A stretch of 43,910 nt of DNA from a virus (taxonomy: Duplodnaviria > Caudoviricetes), in the IMG/VR virus record IMGVR_UViG_3300032225_000678, positions 1 through 43,910 of that record; one strand, written 5' to 3'. Position 1 is the first letter of the stretch, and every line of letters starts with the position of its first letter. Positions 23,019 to 31,132 of this stretch are shown here, piece by piece. The position numbers and the translations under genes were made by a program. The notes beneath the pieces are model-generated. The model was given only the letters and a program-made list of their open reading frames with translations, had not been told where the DNA came from and made no database searches.

Positions 23019-23627
23019 ATGGCAACGCGCTCTAGAGAGCAGCAACTGGACCGCTACTCGGCGGTCGTTCCTGTTACGACCACTGCCCTCCAGACCCCAT
23101 CTCTGTCTGACACTGCTGGGCTTGCTCGCGGTGTCTTTATCGTTGGTAATGACGGTAGTGTGGACGGGGGCTACATCGCCCCGGTCACGATCACTCGACC
23201 GGCTAACACGACGGCCTATAGCGCGGTTGACGTGGTTGGCGGCGTCCTGACGATTAGCTCGGTGGGTCCCGCGAGCAGCACGGCGATCCTGACCGGCACG
23301 CGGCTGGAGCTTGATATTGCCGCTGTGCCGAGCGGCATGACGTTCTTCACTCTGCACATCTATTCAGCAACGCCGCCCTCGGCCTATGCGGACAACGCGG
23401 CCTGGGACCTCCCGTCAGGTGACAGGTCGGTCTATATGGGCAATGTCATCGTCGGCACGCCCGTGGACCTTGGCTCTACGCTCTATGTCGAGATCAACAA
23501 CATCAACAAGCTGATGAAGCTGGTCGGCGGCTCCACGCTCTATGGCTATCTGGTAACTGCCACGGGCTACACGCCTGCCGCCAACTCGGAAGTCTACAAG
23601 CTGACCCTTGCCACTGCGGCGATCTAA
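23019..23627 (+). CDS. virion structural protein (possible spike base)
   Basis: 202 aa, AGGAG RBS, TRPANTTAYSAVDVVG motif. Confidence 0.7.
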   Translation: MATRSREQQLDRYSAVVPVTTTALQTPSLSDTAGLARGVFIVGNDGSVDGGYIAPVTITRPANTTAYSAVDVVGGVLTISSVGPASSTAILTGTRLELDIAAVPSGMTFFTLHIYSATPPSAYADNAAWDLPSGDRSVYMGNVIVGTPVDLGSTLYVEINNINKLMKLVGGSTLYGYLVTATGYTPAANSEVYKLTLATAAI

Positions 23628-23629
23628 CT

Positions 23630-25396
23630 ATGCGTCCTTCGGTCAAGAAGTTACTGCTGTTCGGGACTACGGCTCCGTATGCGGACGCGATGCTGGCTCT
23701 TGACTTCGTTGGGTCACGGTCTGCCGGTCAGGCATACTACATGCTTAATGGGGTCAGCTACCCATCTGTGACGGCTGTTCCCGGCTGGACCTACACGGGC
23801 GGCACCCCTGCTGGCACCGGGTCATACGCGCCGAAAGCTGACGGCTCGTTGCAGTTCTTTCCGAGTGTGACGAACCTGCTGCTTCAGTCTCAGACGTTCG
23901 ACAATGCGTCTTGGGTAAAGTCAGGCTCTACAGTTGTAGCCAATAATGCCACCGCTCCCGATGGGACACTTACGGCAGACACCATCACCTTTTCCAGTGG
24001 AGTGGGGGATCAGGTATATCAATCTCAAACCCTGACGGCTGCAACCTACCAACTATCGGTCTATGCCAAGGTGGCGTCTGGTAGTCGCGCGTTTAGGCTG
24101 AAATACTACAATGGGACCATTGACGCCTATTCGTCCCCATTCACAGCGACGACGGATTGGCAGCGGTTTACGTTTTCAATCACGGGCGTTGCTGCTGCCG
24201 GAAACGTATCTATTAGCCAACCGGCATCACCAGTCGCAGGTGACATCATCGTCTGGGGCGCACAACTTGAACTAGGCTCCACGGCCTCGACCTATATCCC
24301 CACCACGACAGCGGCTGTGACCGTCGCACCGCCCAGGATCACGGACGCGGGGTATCTGGCGGAGGAGAGTAGGACGAACATCGCGCTACAGAGCAACGAC
24401 GCGACCAATTCAAACTGGTTAAAAATCAATTCAACGGCGGCGGCATCGGCAGTCGTTGCGCCAACCGGTCAGACGGCCATTGCGGTCATTCCCGCGAACG
24501 GCTCCCCCGGCGGACAGGCAATTCAGTCCGGTGCGATAACGGTCGCCAACACATCGACCTATACATTCTCAACCATCGTTAAGGCCGCGACAGGTCTGAA
24601 CGGTGGGCCGGGCTATGCGTGGATTGAATTGACGACGGCATCAAGCGCCACCAAGCGCACATGGTTCAACATCCAGACCGGCGCAATCGGGACAACGGGC
24701 CACACGTCCGCAGCCATCACGCCCATGAGTAATGGGTTCTACCGCCTTGCTGTCACCTATTCGACCACAGCCACGACCGAAACGCTCTATGTCTCGCTCA
24801 GGACTGCTGACGGCTCCAGTGCCGCAATCACGGGCGACGGGACCACGGTCGGTTATTATATCGCCCATGAACAACTCGAACTAGGCTCCTTCGCCACCAG
24901 CCCGATCCCGACGACCTCCGTGGCCGTGACCCGGTCGGCGGACGTGGGGTATATCTCGGGGCTAACGGTGCCGAGTGCGGTGTCAGTATTCACCTCACAC
25001 GTCGCGCCAGCATATTCCGCATTGTTAAATGCAATCGCCGATCTGTCAGACGGATCTATGGCTAATCGAGCTTATAACACGCAGGTTAGTTCAAATGCCT
25101 ATTTCAATGTGGCAATTGCTAACGTGGCTGGGACTTCTGTTCAGATCGCTGTGCCATCAACTGGAAATGTTGGGGAAGCGTTTAGTTTCGTCGGATCGAA
25201 TATGCAGGCGTCTGCAAACGGGTCTGCTGCTTCGACGGCTGCAACTTCAGTCCCAACGGGACTTAACCGATTATCTGTCGGCACCAGACCTGACCAAGTG
25301 CGATTTGTGAATACTTTCATCCGCCGCATCGTCATCTACCCCCGCGCGATGTCCAACAGCGAGTTGCAGGCTGTGACCACGGCAGGAGCATACTGA
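23630..25396 (+). CDS. head-spike/fibre protein with tandem carbohydrate-binding-like domains
   Basis: Two repeats of TN[LI]xLQS...W-x-K ... QLELGSxAxxxIPTT, plus a C-terminal lectin-like domain. Confidence 0.75.
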   Translation: MRPSVKKLLLFGTTAPYADAMLALDFVGSRSAGQAYYMLNGVSYPSVTAVPGWTYTGGTPAGTGSYAPKADGSLQFFPSVTNLLLQSQTFDNASWVKSGSTVVANNATAPDGTLTADTITFSSGVGDQVYQSQTLTAATYQLSVYAKVASGSRAFRLKYYNGTIDAYSSPFTATTDWQRFTFSITGVAAAGNVSISQPASPVAGDIIVWGAQLELGSTASTYIPTTTAAVTVAPPRITDAGYLAEESRTNIALQSNDATNSNWLKINSTAAASAVVAPTGQTAIAVIPANGSPGGQAIQSGAITVANTSTYTFSTIVKAATGLNGGPGYAWIELTTASSATKRTWFNIQTGAIGTTGHTSAAITPMSNGFYRLAVTYSTTATTETLYVSLRTADGSSAAITGDGTTVGYYIAHEQLELGSFATSPIPTTSVAVTRSADVGYISGLTVPSAVSVFTSHVAPAYSALLNAIADLSDGSMANRAYNTQVSSNAYFNVAIANVAGTSVQIAVPSTGNVGEAFSFVGSNMQASANGSAASTAATSVPTGLNRLSVGTRPDQVRFVNTFIRRIVIYPRAMSNSELQAVTTAGAY

Positions 25397-25815
25397 TGAC
25401 TACAAAGATCAGCGCAATGACGCCCGGTGCCGCCCTCAGCGGCACCGAGCTATTCGAGTCAACCCAATCGGCAGCGACCGTCTCGCTCCTGGCCTCACAG
25501 GTCAAGACCTATGTGGACAAGCAGTCATACACCTACAACGTGCCCATCGCAGGCTTTGCCCTGACCATTGGGGCTGGGGTCCAGCAACTCATCCTTAACC
25601 CGGCTGGCGTCCTTGCTACGGGCACGATCACCATGCCCGCTGCCCCTGCCGATGGCTTCATCGTCGGCATCTCATCGACCCAGGCGGTGACAGCCCTGAC
25701 GCTCAATGCCAACAGCGGTCAGACCCTATCAGCCAACACGACTGCACTGGCCGCTTCGACCGCTGTGCGTTATATCTACGTCTCTTCTGTCACCAAGTGG
25801 TTTAAGTTGAACTAA
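25396..25815 (+). CDS. virion structural protein
   Basis: 139 aa; KISAM...; LILNPAGVLATGTITMPAAP.DG; TGATG coupling. Confidence 0.7.
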   Translation: MTTKISAMTPGAALSGTELFESTQSAATVSLLASQVKTYVDKQSYTYNVPIAGFALTIGAGVQQLILNPAGVLATGTITMPAAPADGFIVGISSTQAVTALTLNANSGQTLSANTTALAASTAVRYIYVSSVTKWFKLN

Positions 25816-25817
25816 TC

Positions 25818-26120
25818 ATGCACGACCTGTCCCTTGGCCGCAGAGCACAGCACGTCAAGGCTCAGATCGAGGACGCGATAGCCTATGTGCAAAAGGCTCA
25901 ACAGCAGCCTGCACAACCCCAGATGCAACCCCCTCAAGGTCCTCAGCCACCTCCCCAGCAGATGCAAGGACCTGGGCAGTCGCAGACCCCTCAAGGGGCG
26001 ATGACACCTCCGCAGCAGCCTCAGGGCCAGCAGCCGATGGAGGGTGGCCTTCAGTCGTTGCAGAAGCCCGCTCAATCATTCGCCAAGGGCGGCTTCGTTC
26101 GCTCTGTGCAATCTCGCTGA
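25818..26120 (+). CDS. Q/P-rich low-complexity protein ending in FAKGG
   Basis: 100 aa ORF in the operon orientation. Confidence 0.65.
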   Translation: MHDLSLGRRAQHVKAQIEDAIAYVQKAQQQPAQPQMQPPQGPQPPPQQMQGPGQSQTPQGAMTPPQQPQGQQPMEGGLQSLQKPAQSFAKGGFVRSVQSR

Positions 26121-26160
26121 TTCACTGTATAGATAAGACCTCAGGACTGGAGAACGAGCC

Positions 26161-27606
26161 ATGAAGGGCTTCAAGGACACCACCAAAACTCAGATGGGTC
26201 ATGGCTCTTATGACGAGGTTCCGACTCGTCCTGCCACTGCCAAGGATGTTGCAGCCGCTAAGGCTGGTCGCATCATCACTCCCGGCAGGCCTGCTCCCAA
26301 GCCGCAACCCCGTGTGACCAACGACATGCTGAACGGCGTGGGCGAGGACAGGGCTCCGGGCGAGCGCGGCGCTAAACGCTTTGCCGTCGGTGGCGTCGTG
26401 CCTCCTGTTGCGTCCGGTGGGATGCCTGCTCAGGGCAAGCCGATCACGAGCGCCAACGTCAATGACGCTCGCACTGCACCTCCGATGCAGAACGGTCAGC
26501 GTCCGATGGTGGCTCCGCGTCCTGCGCCGCGTCCCACACCTATGATGGCTAACACCAAGCCTTCTCCCAGCCCGTTGAGCAACCTTCAGCCTGTCAAATC
26601 TACGGGTATGCCGACTCAACTTCCGAATCCAAAAATTCCCTCGCCCATGCCTCCTCCGCCATCAGTTCAGCCTTCAAATCCAAAAATTCCTTCGGCTATG
26701 GCTCCTACGCCATCCGTTCAGCCTTCAAACCCGAAAATTCCTTCGCCCATGGCTCCCGTCCGCTCGGACGATTACGGCACGGCTCAGGGTCCCGCCCGAC
26801 CTCAAATGGACATGCCCCCTGTTCGCTCGAACGATTACGGCACGGCTCAGGGTCCCGTGAGGCCCTTTAAGAATGGTGGCAAGGTTGCCAATAAGGCACC
26901 CGCCAAACGCTTTGCCGTCGGAGGCGTCGTGCCTCCGCGTCCGAGCGGTATGCCTGCTCAAGGCCAGCCTCTAACCTCCAAGAACATGAATGATGCGCGT
27001 GTGGCTCCGCGTCCTGCGCCGCCTGCCCCCACCGTCGGCAAGGGTGGTCTGCCGCAGGCTTGGCGTGACAACTACGCTGCGGACTCTGCTCGTCGGTTGG
27101 GTGCTAATCCGCAGCCGACTGGCGGCATCGCCAAAGCTGCTGCAAGTTACGGCGATCCTAAGGGCGCTATAGCCGGTCTCACGGGAACTCCCGGCACTAA
27201 GCCCGGTGGCTATGACCCTGTTGACAGTCCCGCCTCTCGATCGACCGGCAAACCCTCTGAAGTCAGAGGCGTCCCTGCTGCCACCTCCTACAAGGACCAA
27301 ATGAGCGACTACGACGACATGGCTGCTGCCCGCTCGTCTGGTGCTCTCGCAAAGTTTAGCGCGGATCGTGGCTACAAGCGCGGCGGCAAGGTCGTCGAGA
27401 AGGCTACCGGCGAGACCTACTCGTCCAAGGCTGCGATGAAGAAGCACGAAGTCAAGGAGTCCAAGAGCGAGCAGCGTGCAGAGCGCAAGCAAGAGGGTGG
27501 CGAACTCCTGGCTGGCCGCGCCCAGTCCCTGCGCGATATGGTCGGTAAGCCTGCCGCTCGTGCCGGTTACGCCAAGGGTGGGTCGCCTAAGTCCAAGTGG
27601 TGCTAA
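26161..27606 (+). CDS. Pro-rich disordered protein with internal repeats and multiple [FY]-[AK]-x-GG motifs
   Basis: 481 aa; duplicated AKRFAVGGVVPP block, 3x NPKIPSxM, 2x PVRSxDYGTAQGP. Confidence 0.75.
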   Translation: MKGFKDTTKTQMGHGSYDEVPTRPATAKDVAAAKAGRIITPGRPAPKPQPRVTNDMLNGVGEDRAPGERGAKRFAVGGVVPPVASGGMPAQGKPITSANVNDARTAPPMQNGQRPMVAPRPAPRPTPMMANTKPSPSPLSNLQPVKSTGMPTQLPNPKIPSPMPPPPSVQPSNPKIPSAMAPTPSVQPSNPKIPSPMAPVRSDDYGTAQGPARPQMDMPPVRSNDYGTAQGPVRPFKNGGKVANKAPAKRFAVGGVVPPRPSGMPAQGQPLTSKNMNDARVAPRPAPPAPTVGKGGLPQAWRDNYAADSARRLGANPQPTGGIAKAAASYGDPKGAIAGLTGTPGTKPGGYDPVDSPASRSTGKPSEVRGVPAATSYKDQMSDYDDMAAARSSGALAKFSADRGYKRGGKVVEKATGETYSSKAAMKKHEVKESKSEQRAERKQEGGELLAGRAQSLRDMVGKPAARAGYAKGGSPKSKWC

Positions 27607-27609
27607 CTC

Positions 27610-28596
27610 GTGGCCTTCTCCGACACGATCTCAACGACGAGTTTCAACACCCGTAAGGTGATTGAGAACGCTGCGCGGCGCTGCAAGGTGCCGCCGCAAA
27701 CCTTGTCGTCTGAGCATGTCGAAGTTGCCAACGACGCTCTCTACCTCCTGCTCAGTGATCTCGCCAATCAGGGTGTTCCGCTCTGGTGTATCGAGAAGCA
27801 GATTTACCCGCTCTATGAGGGCGTGGGCGATGTCGTCACGCCCGTCGGCACTGTGGACATCCTCAATGCCAATCTGCGCTATCTCCAAGCCCTGACCGGC
27901 ACGGACACTGACACCTCTACAACTCACAAGACCCAGTTCAGTTCCTCGACCTTCGTGTCCACCGTCGGTGTGCTCTGGACTGCCACGGCGGTCCCTATCG
28001 CCCTTGAGCGTTCGGACGACGGGTCAAGCTGGACAACCATCCAGACCGAGACGCCTTCCGCCACGTCTGGTCAGTGGACGTGGTATGACCTCGACTCATC
28101 GGTCTCTAGCCTCTACTTCCGGGTCAGAGCTACGAGCGGCACGCTGTCGTTCAGTCAGGTCTATCTGGGCAACACGCCCACCGAGATTCCGTTGGCCCGT
28201 CTGAATCGGGACGACTACACGAACCTGCCGAACAAGACTTTCCAGAACAACCGACCCCTGCAATACTGGTTCGACCGTCAGGTCCGCCAGCCGATCATGC
28301 ACATGTGGCCCGTTCCCAATGCGGACGCAACGACCCAGCAGATCGTCGTGTGGCGTCACCGTCAGATCATGGACGTTGGGACCATGACCCAGGAGATCGA
28401 GGTCCCCCAGCGTTGGTATGAGGCAATCGTCTCGATGCTCGCGGCCAAGTTGGCGCTTGAGTTCGCAGAGGCTAACCCTCAGATGATCCCGCTGCTGGAC
28501 TCAAAAGCCAAGGAGGCGCTCTACATCGCCCAGATGGAGGAGCGTGACAACTCCCCCATGATGATTGCACCTAATATCAGCCCCTACACTATGTGA
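27610..28596 (+). CDS. head-tail adaptor/connector-like protein with an inserted beta domain
   Basis: IENAARRC...L-x-x-LANQG-x-x-LW; RDDY-x-x-LPNK...P-x-QYWFDRQ...WPVP; PQRWYEA. Confidence 0.7.
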   Translation: MAFSDTISTTSFNTRKVIENAARRCKVPPQTLSSEHVEVANDALYLLLSDLANQGVPLWCIEKQIYPLYEGVGDVVTPVGTVDILNANLRYLQALTGTDTDTSTTHKTQFSSSTFVSTVGVLWTATAVPIALERSDDGSSWTTIQTETPSATSGQWTWYDLDSSVSSLYFRVRATSGTLSFSQVYLGNTPTEIPLARLNRDDYTNLPNKTFQNNRPLQYWFDRQVRQPIMHMWPVPNADATTQQIVVWRHRQIMDVGTMTQEIEVPQRWYEAIVSMLAAKLALEFAEANPQMIPLLDSKAKEALYIAQMEERDNSPMMIAPNISPYTM

Positions 28597-28601
28597 TTGA
28601 A

Positions 28602-28829
28602 ATGCCTAGGTATTTAGACACTCGTGGCAAGACAACACTTGGAATTGGGATTTGCGCCCGTTGTTCGCGCAAGTTCTCACTAGACGACCTCCAATCGGAC
28701 CCAAATGCCCCAGGCTTGATGGTCTGTAGAGCCGACCTCGACGAGTTCGATCCCTATCGACTCCCCGCCCGTCAGCCCGACCAGATCACTCTACGCTTCT
28801 GTCGGCCAGATGTCCCATTGGTGCCCTGA
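28602..28829 (+). CDS. small Zn-binding neck-associated protein
   Basis: GICARCSRKF...GLMVC...DPY...RPD. Confidence 0.7.
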   Translation: MPRYLDTRGKTTLGIGICARCSRKFSLDDLQSDPNAPGLMVCRADLDEFDPYRLPARQPDQITLRFCRPDVPLVP

Positions 28830-29272
28830 TGCACCTCACCGACCAGAGGCAGTGCTCCCCTCTGGGCGCGGTGGTTCCGATGCGACCCTATCCCCGCTCG
28901 GAGCCACCGCGCACGCCTGAGGATGATGAATTGACGATCTCAGCTAAAGACCTTGAACTGATCAGCGAGGTGATCAAGGGTAGTCGCGTCGTTGACAGCG
29001 ACGACATGGCTAAGTTCACGCAGAAGATCGATGTCATGAACGACCGCATCACCTCGGTCCACTCTGACCTTCAGTCGATTATCAAGGACCACGCTGACCT
29101 GAAAACCGACATGCAGGGCCTTCTCGAAGCCTGGAGGGCAGGTGGCGCTCTGCTGGGCACTGCCAAGATGGCCAGCAAGGTCGTCGGTGCTATTGCGGCG
29201 TTTGTCCTCGCCATCGGCGTGATAGGCTCGATCATCACTCACCCTGAACTGTGGTTCTCCAAAGGCTCCTGA
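28829..29272 (+). CDS. membrane protein (coiled coil plus C-terminal TM), lysis-module associated
   Basis: Hydrophobic C-terminus; directly upstream of the endolysin. Confidence 0.6.
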   Translation: MHLTDQRQCSPLGAVVPMRPYPRSEPPRTPEDDELTISAKDLELISEVIKGSRVVDSDDMAKFTQKIDVMNDRITSVHSDLQSIIKDHADLKTDMQGLLEAWRAGGALLGTAKMASKVVGAIAAFVLAIGVIGSIITHPELWFSKGS

Positions 29273-29739
29273 TGCAACTGTCCCCTCACTTCTCCCTCGA
29301 AGAACTGACCAAGAGCCAGACCGGCGAGCGCCTAGGTCTTGTCAACGACCCGAACCCCGCTCAACTCGAAGCCCTCAAGGCGCTCTGCGTCAATGTTCTC
29401 GAACCGATCCGCAACCACTTCAATCGACCCGTGGTCATCAGTTCCGGCTTCCGTGGTCCTGCGCTGAACATGGCGACGGGTGGCGCGTCAAACTCGCAGC
29501 ACTGTTTTGGTGAGGCTGCTGACATCGAGATTCCCGGCATCAGCAACAACGAACTGGCTCGATACATCGCCGTCCACCTCCCGCACGATCAGGTGATCCG
29601 CGAGTTCCCCAAGCCCGGTGTGACTGACTCCGGTTGGGTCCATGTGTCCTACTGCGCCAAGAAGCCGAACCGCAATCAGGAACTCACGGCGACAAAGGTC
29701 AATGGCAAGACCGTCTACTCAGAGGGCCTGCCGGTATGA
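29272..29739 (+). CDS. endolysin, peptidase M15A family
   Basis: LSPHFSLEE...SSGFR...N...GG...SQH..GEAADI...WVHVS. Confidence 0.9.
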   Translation: MQLSPHFSLEELTKSQTGERLGLVNDPNPAQLEALKALCVNVLEPIRNHFNRPVVISSGFRGPALNMATGGASNSQHCFGEAADIEIPGISNNELARYIAVHLPHDQVIREFPKPGVTDSGWVHVSYCAKKPNRNQELTATKVNGKTVYSEGLPV

Positions 29740-29972
29740 ACAAGGTGATCACCGACCTGTTCACCGGCCCTGACGGCAAGACCTGGAGCATCGGGCGCGT
29801 CTACTCGCTGCCAATGCTGCTGTCAGGTCTGTCTACCCCTATCCTGATGGTAGCTCACGGACTGCCCGTCGATCTGGCAGGCTTGGCTATTCTATTCCCC
29901 GCCACTGGTGCGGCGGTCATGGCACTCGTCACTGGCACTAACAGCACGGAGCCGAAAGCTGATGCCCCTTAA
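29736..29972 (+). CDS. putative holin (two TM)
   Basis: 78 aa from ATG 29736; two hydrophobic segments; between endolysin and spanins. Confidence 0.6.
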   Translation: MNKVITDLFTGPDGKTWSIGRVYSLPMLLSGLSTPILMVAHGLPVDLAGLAILFPATGAAVMALVTGTNSTEPKADAP

Positions 29973-30321
29973 TTTTGCTGCGCTTTGCTGCGCCGCTGCC
30001 CTGCTTCTCGGACTGGGCGGCGGCTATAAACTCCGAGACCTTATTGCAGACGCCAACCAAGCCAAGCAGTTAAAGGTCGCTCAGGAGCAGTTGAAACTAG
30101 CAGAGGCCAAGATGGCCGAGAAGGCCGAGGCCTATGAGGCGTTCAAATCAGACACATTGGCGCGACGTGACCGGGCCACCAATACTGTTCGGGAGATATA
30201 CCGCAATGTCGAAGTTTCTAACGATTGTGCCCCTGTTCCTGATGCTGTCAGGGTGCTCGACGATTCAATCGCTCATGCCAACGCCTCGGCTTCAGGCAAA
30301 CCTGTCAGCGTCGTGCCCTGA
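29962..30321 (+). CDS. i-spanin (Rz-like)
   Basis: N-terminal TM, coiled coil, C-terminal Cys. Confidence 0.75.
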   Translation: MPLNFAALCCAAALLLGLGGGYKLRDLIADANQAKQLKVAQEQLKLAEAKMAEKAEAYEAFKSDTLARRDRATNTVREIYRNVEVSNDCAPVPDAVRVLDDSIAHANASASGKPVSVVP

Positions 30322-30460
30322 CCTTAGAGCAAGGCCAGAACCACTGATCGACCCCGAGCGATTGACTTGGGAGATCGAAACCGTGACAGCATACGCAGAT
30401 TGCGCTAAAAGGCATAGACTGACGGTCGAAGCGTGGCCAAAAGGTGCTACGACCAAATAG
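30206..30460 (+). CDS. o-spanin (Rz1-like lipoprotein)
   Basis: MSKFLTIVPLFLMLSG-C lipobox; overlaps the i-spanin 3' end in another frame; Pro/Cys-rich. Confidence 0.8.
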   Translation: MSKFLTIVPLFLMLSGCSTIQSLMPTPRLQANLSASCPDLRARPEPLIDPERLTWEIETVTAYADCAKRHRLTVEAWPKGATTK

Positions 30461-30478
30461 CTCTCAAGCAGGTGCTGT

Positions 30479-31132
30479 ATGGCGACCACTATGACATTCA
30501 CGACGCTGCAAGAGGACGTGCGGCGCTATCTTGAGCGGGGTTCAAGCCTCGCCTCGGATGAGGTCGTGTATGAGCAGCTTCCCCGCCTGATCAATCTTGC
30601 CGAACGCCGCATTGCCCGTGAACTCAAGGTCCAGGGATTCATCAATGTCGTCAACGGCACTCTGACTTCCGGCAATCCGGTATACGACAAGCCTGACCGG
30701 TGGCGTGACACGGTGTCGATCAGCATTGGGACCGGCACCTCGAACAACACCTACAAGACGCTGTTCACTCGTGACTACGAGTATCTGCGGAAGTATTGGC
30801 CGGATGCCACCCAGACCGCAGAGCCCGTATTCTATTCGGACTACGACTACTCACACTGGCTGATCAGCCCGACGCCGGATGCTGACTACCCCTTCGAGAT
30901 TCTCTATTACGAACTCCCGGCCCTGCTGGACGACAGCGTTCAGACCAACTGGATCACGGAGTTCGCTCCCCAACTTCTGCTCTATGGGACGTTGCTTGAA
31001 GCGACGCCCTTCCTGAAGAACGACGAACGCATCCCTGTGTGGCAGGGCATGTATGACCGCGCAGCAGCGATGCTCAACGGTGAGGATTTGGGCAAGGTGC
31101 TTGATCGCTCCGCAGCACGCAAGGAGGCGTAG
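30479..31132 (+). CDS. tail adaptor (tail tubular protein A-like)
   Basis: LINLAERRIAREL...P-x-FY...SPTPD...Y...L....TNW....P.LLLYG.L.EA.PFLKND. Confidence 0.75.
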   Translation: MATTMTFTTLQEDVRRYLERGSSLASDEVVYEQLPRLINLAERRIARELKVQGFINVVNGTLTSGNPVYDKPDRWRDTVSISIGTGTSNNTYKTLFTRDYEYLRKYWPDATQTAEPVFYSDYDYSHWLISPTPDADYPFEILYYELPALLDDSVQTNWITEFAPQLLLYGTLLEATPFLKNDERIPVWQGMYDRAAAMLNGEDLGKVLDRSAARKEA

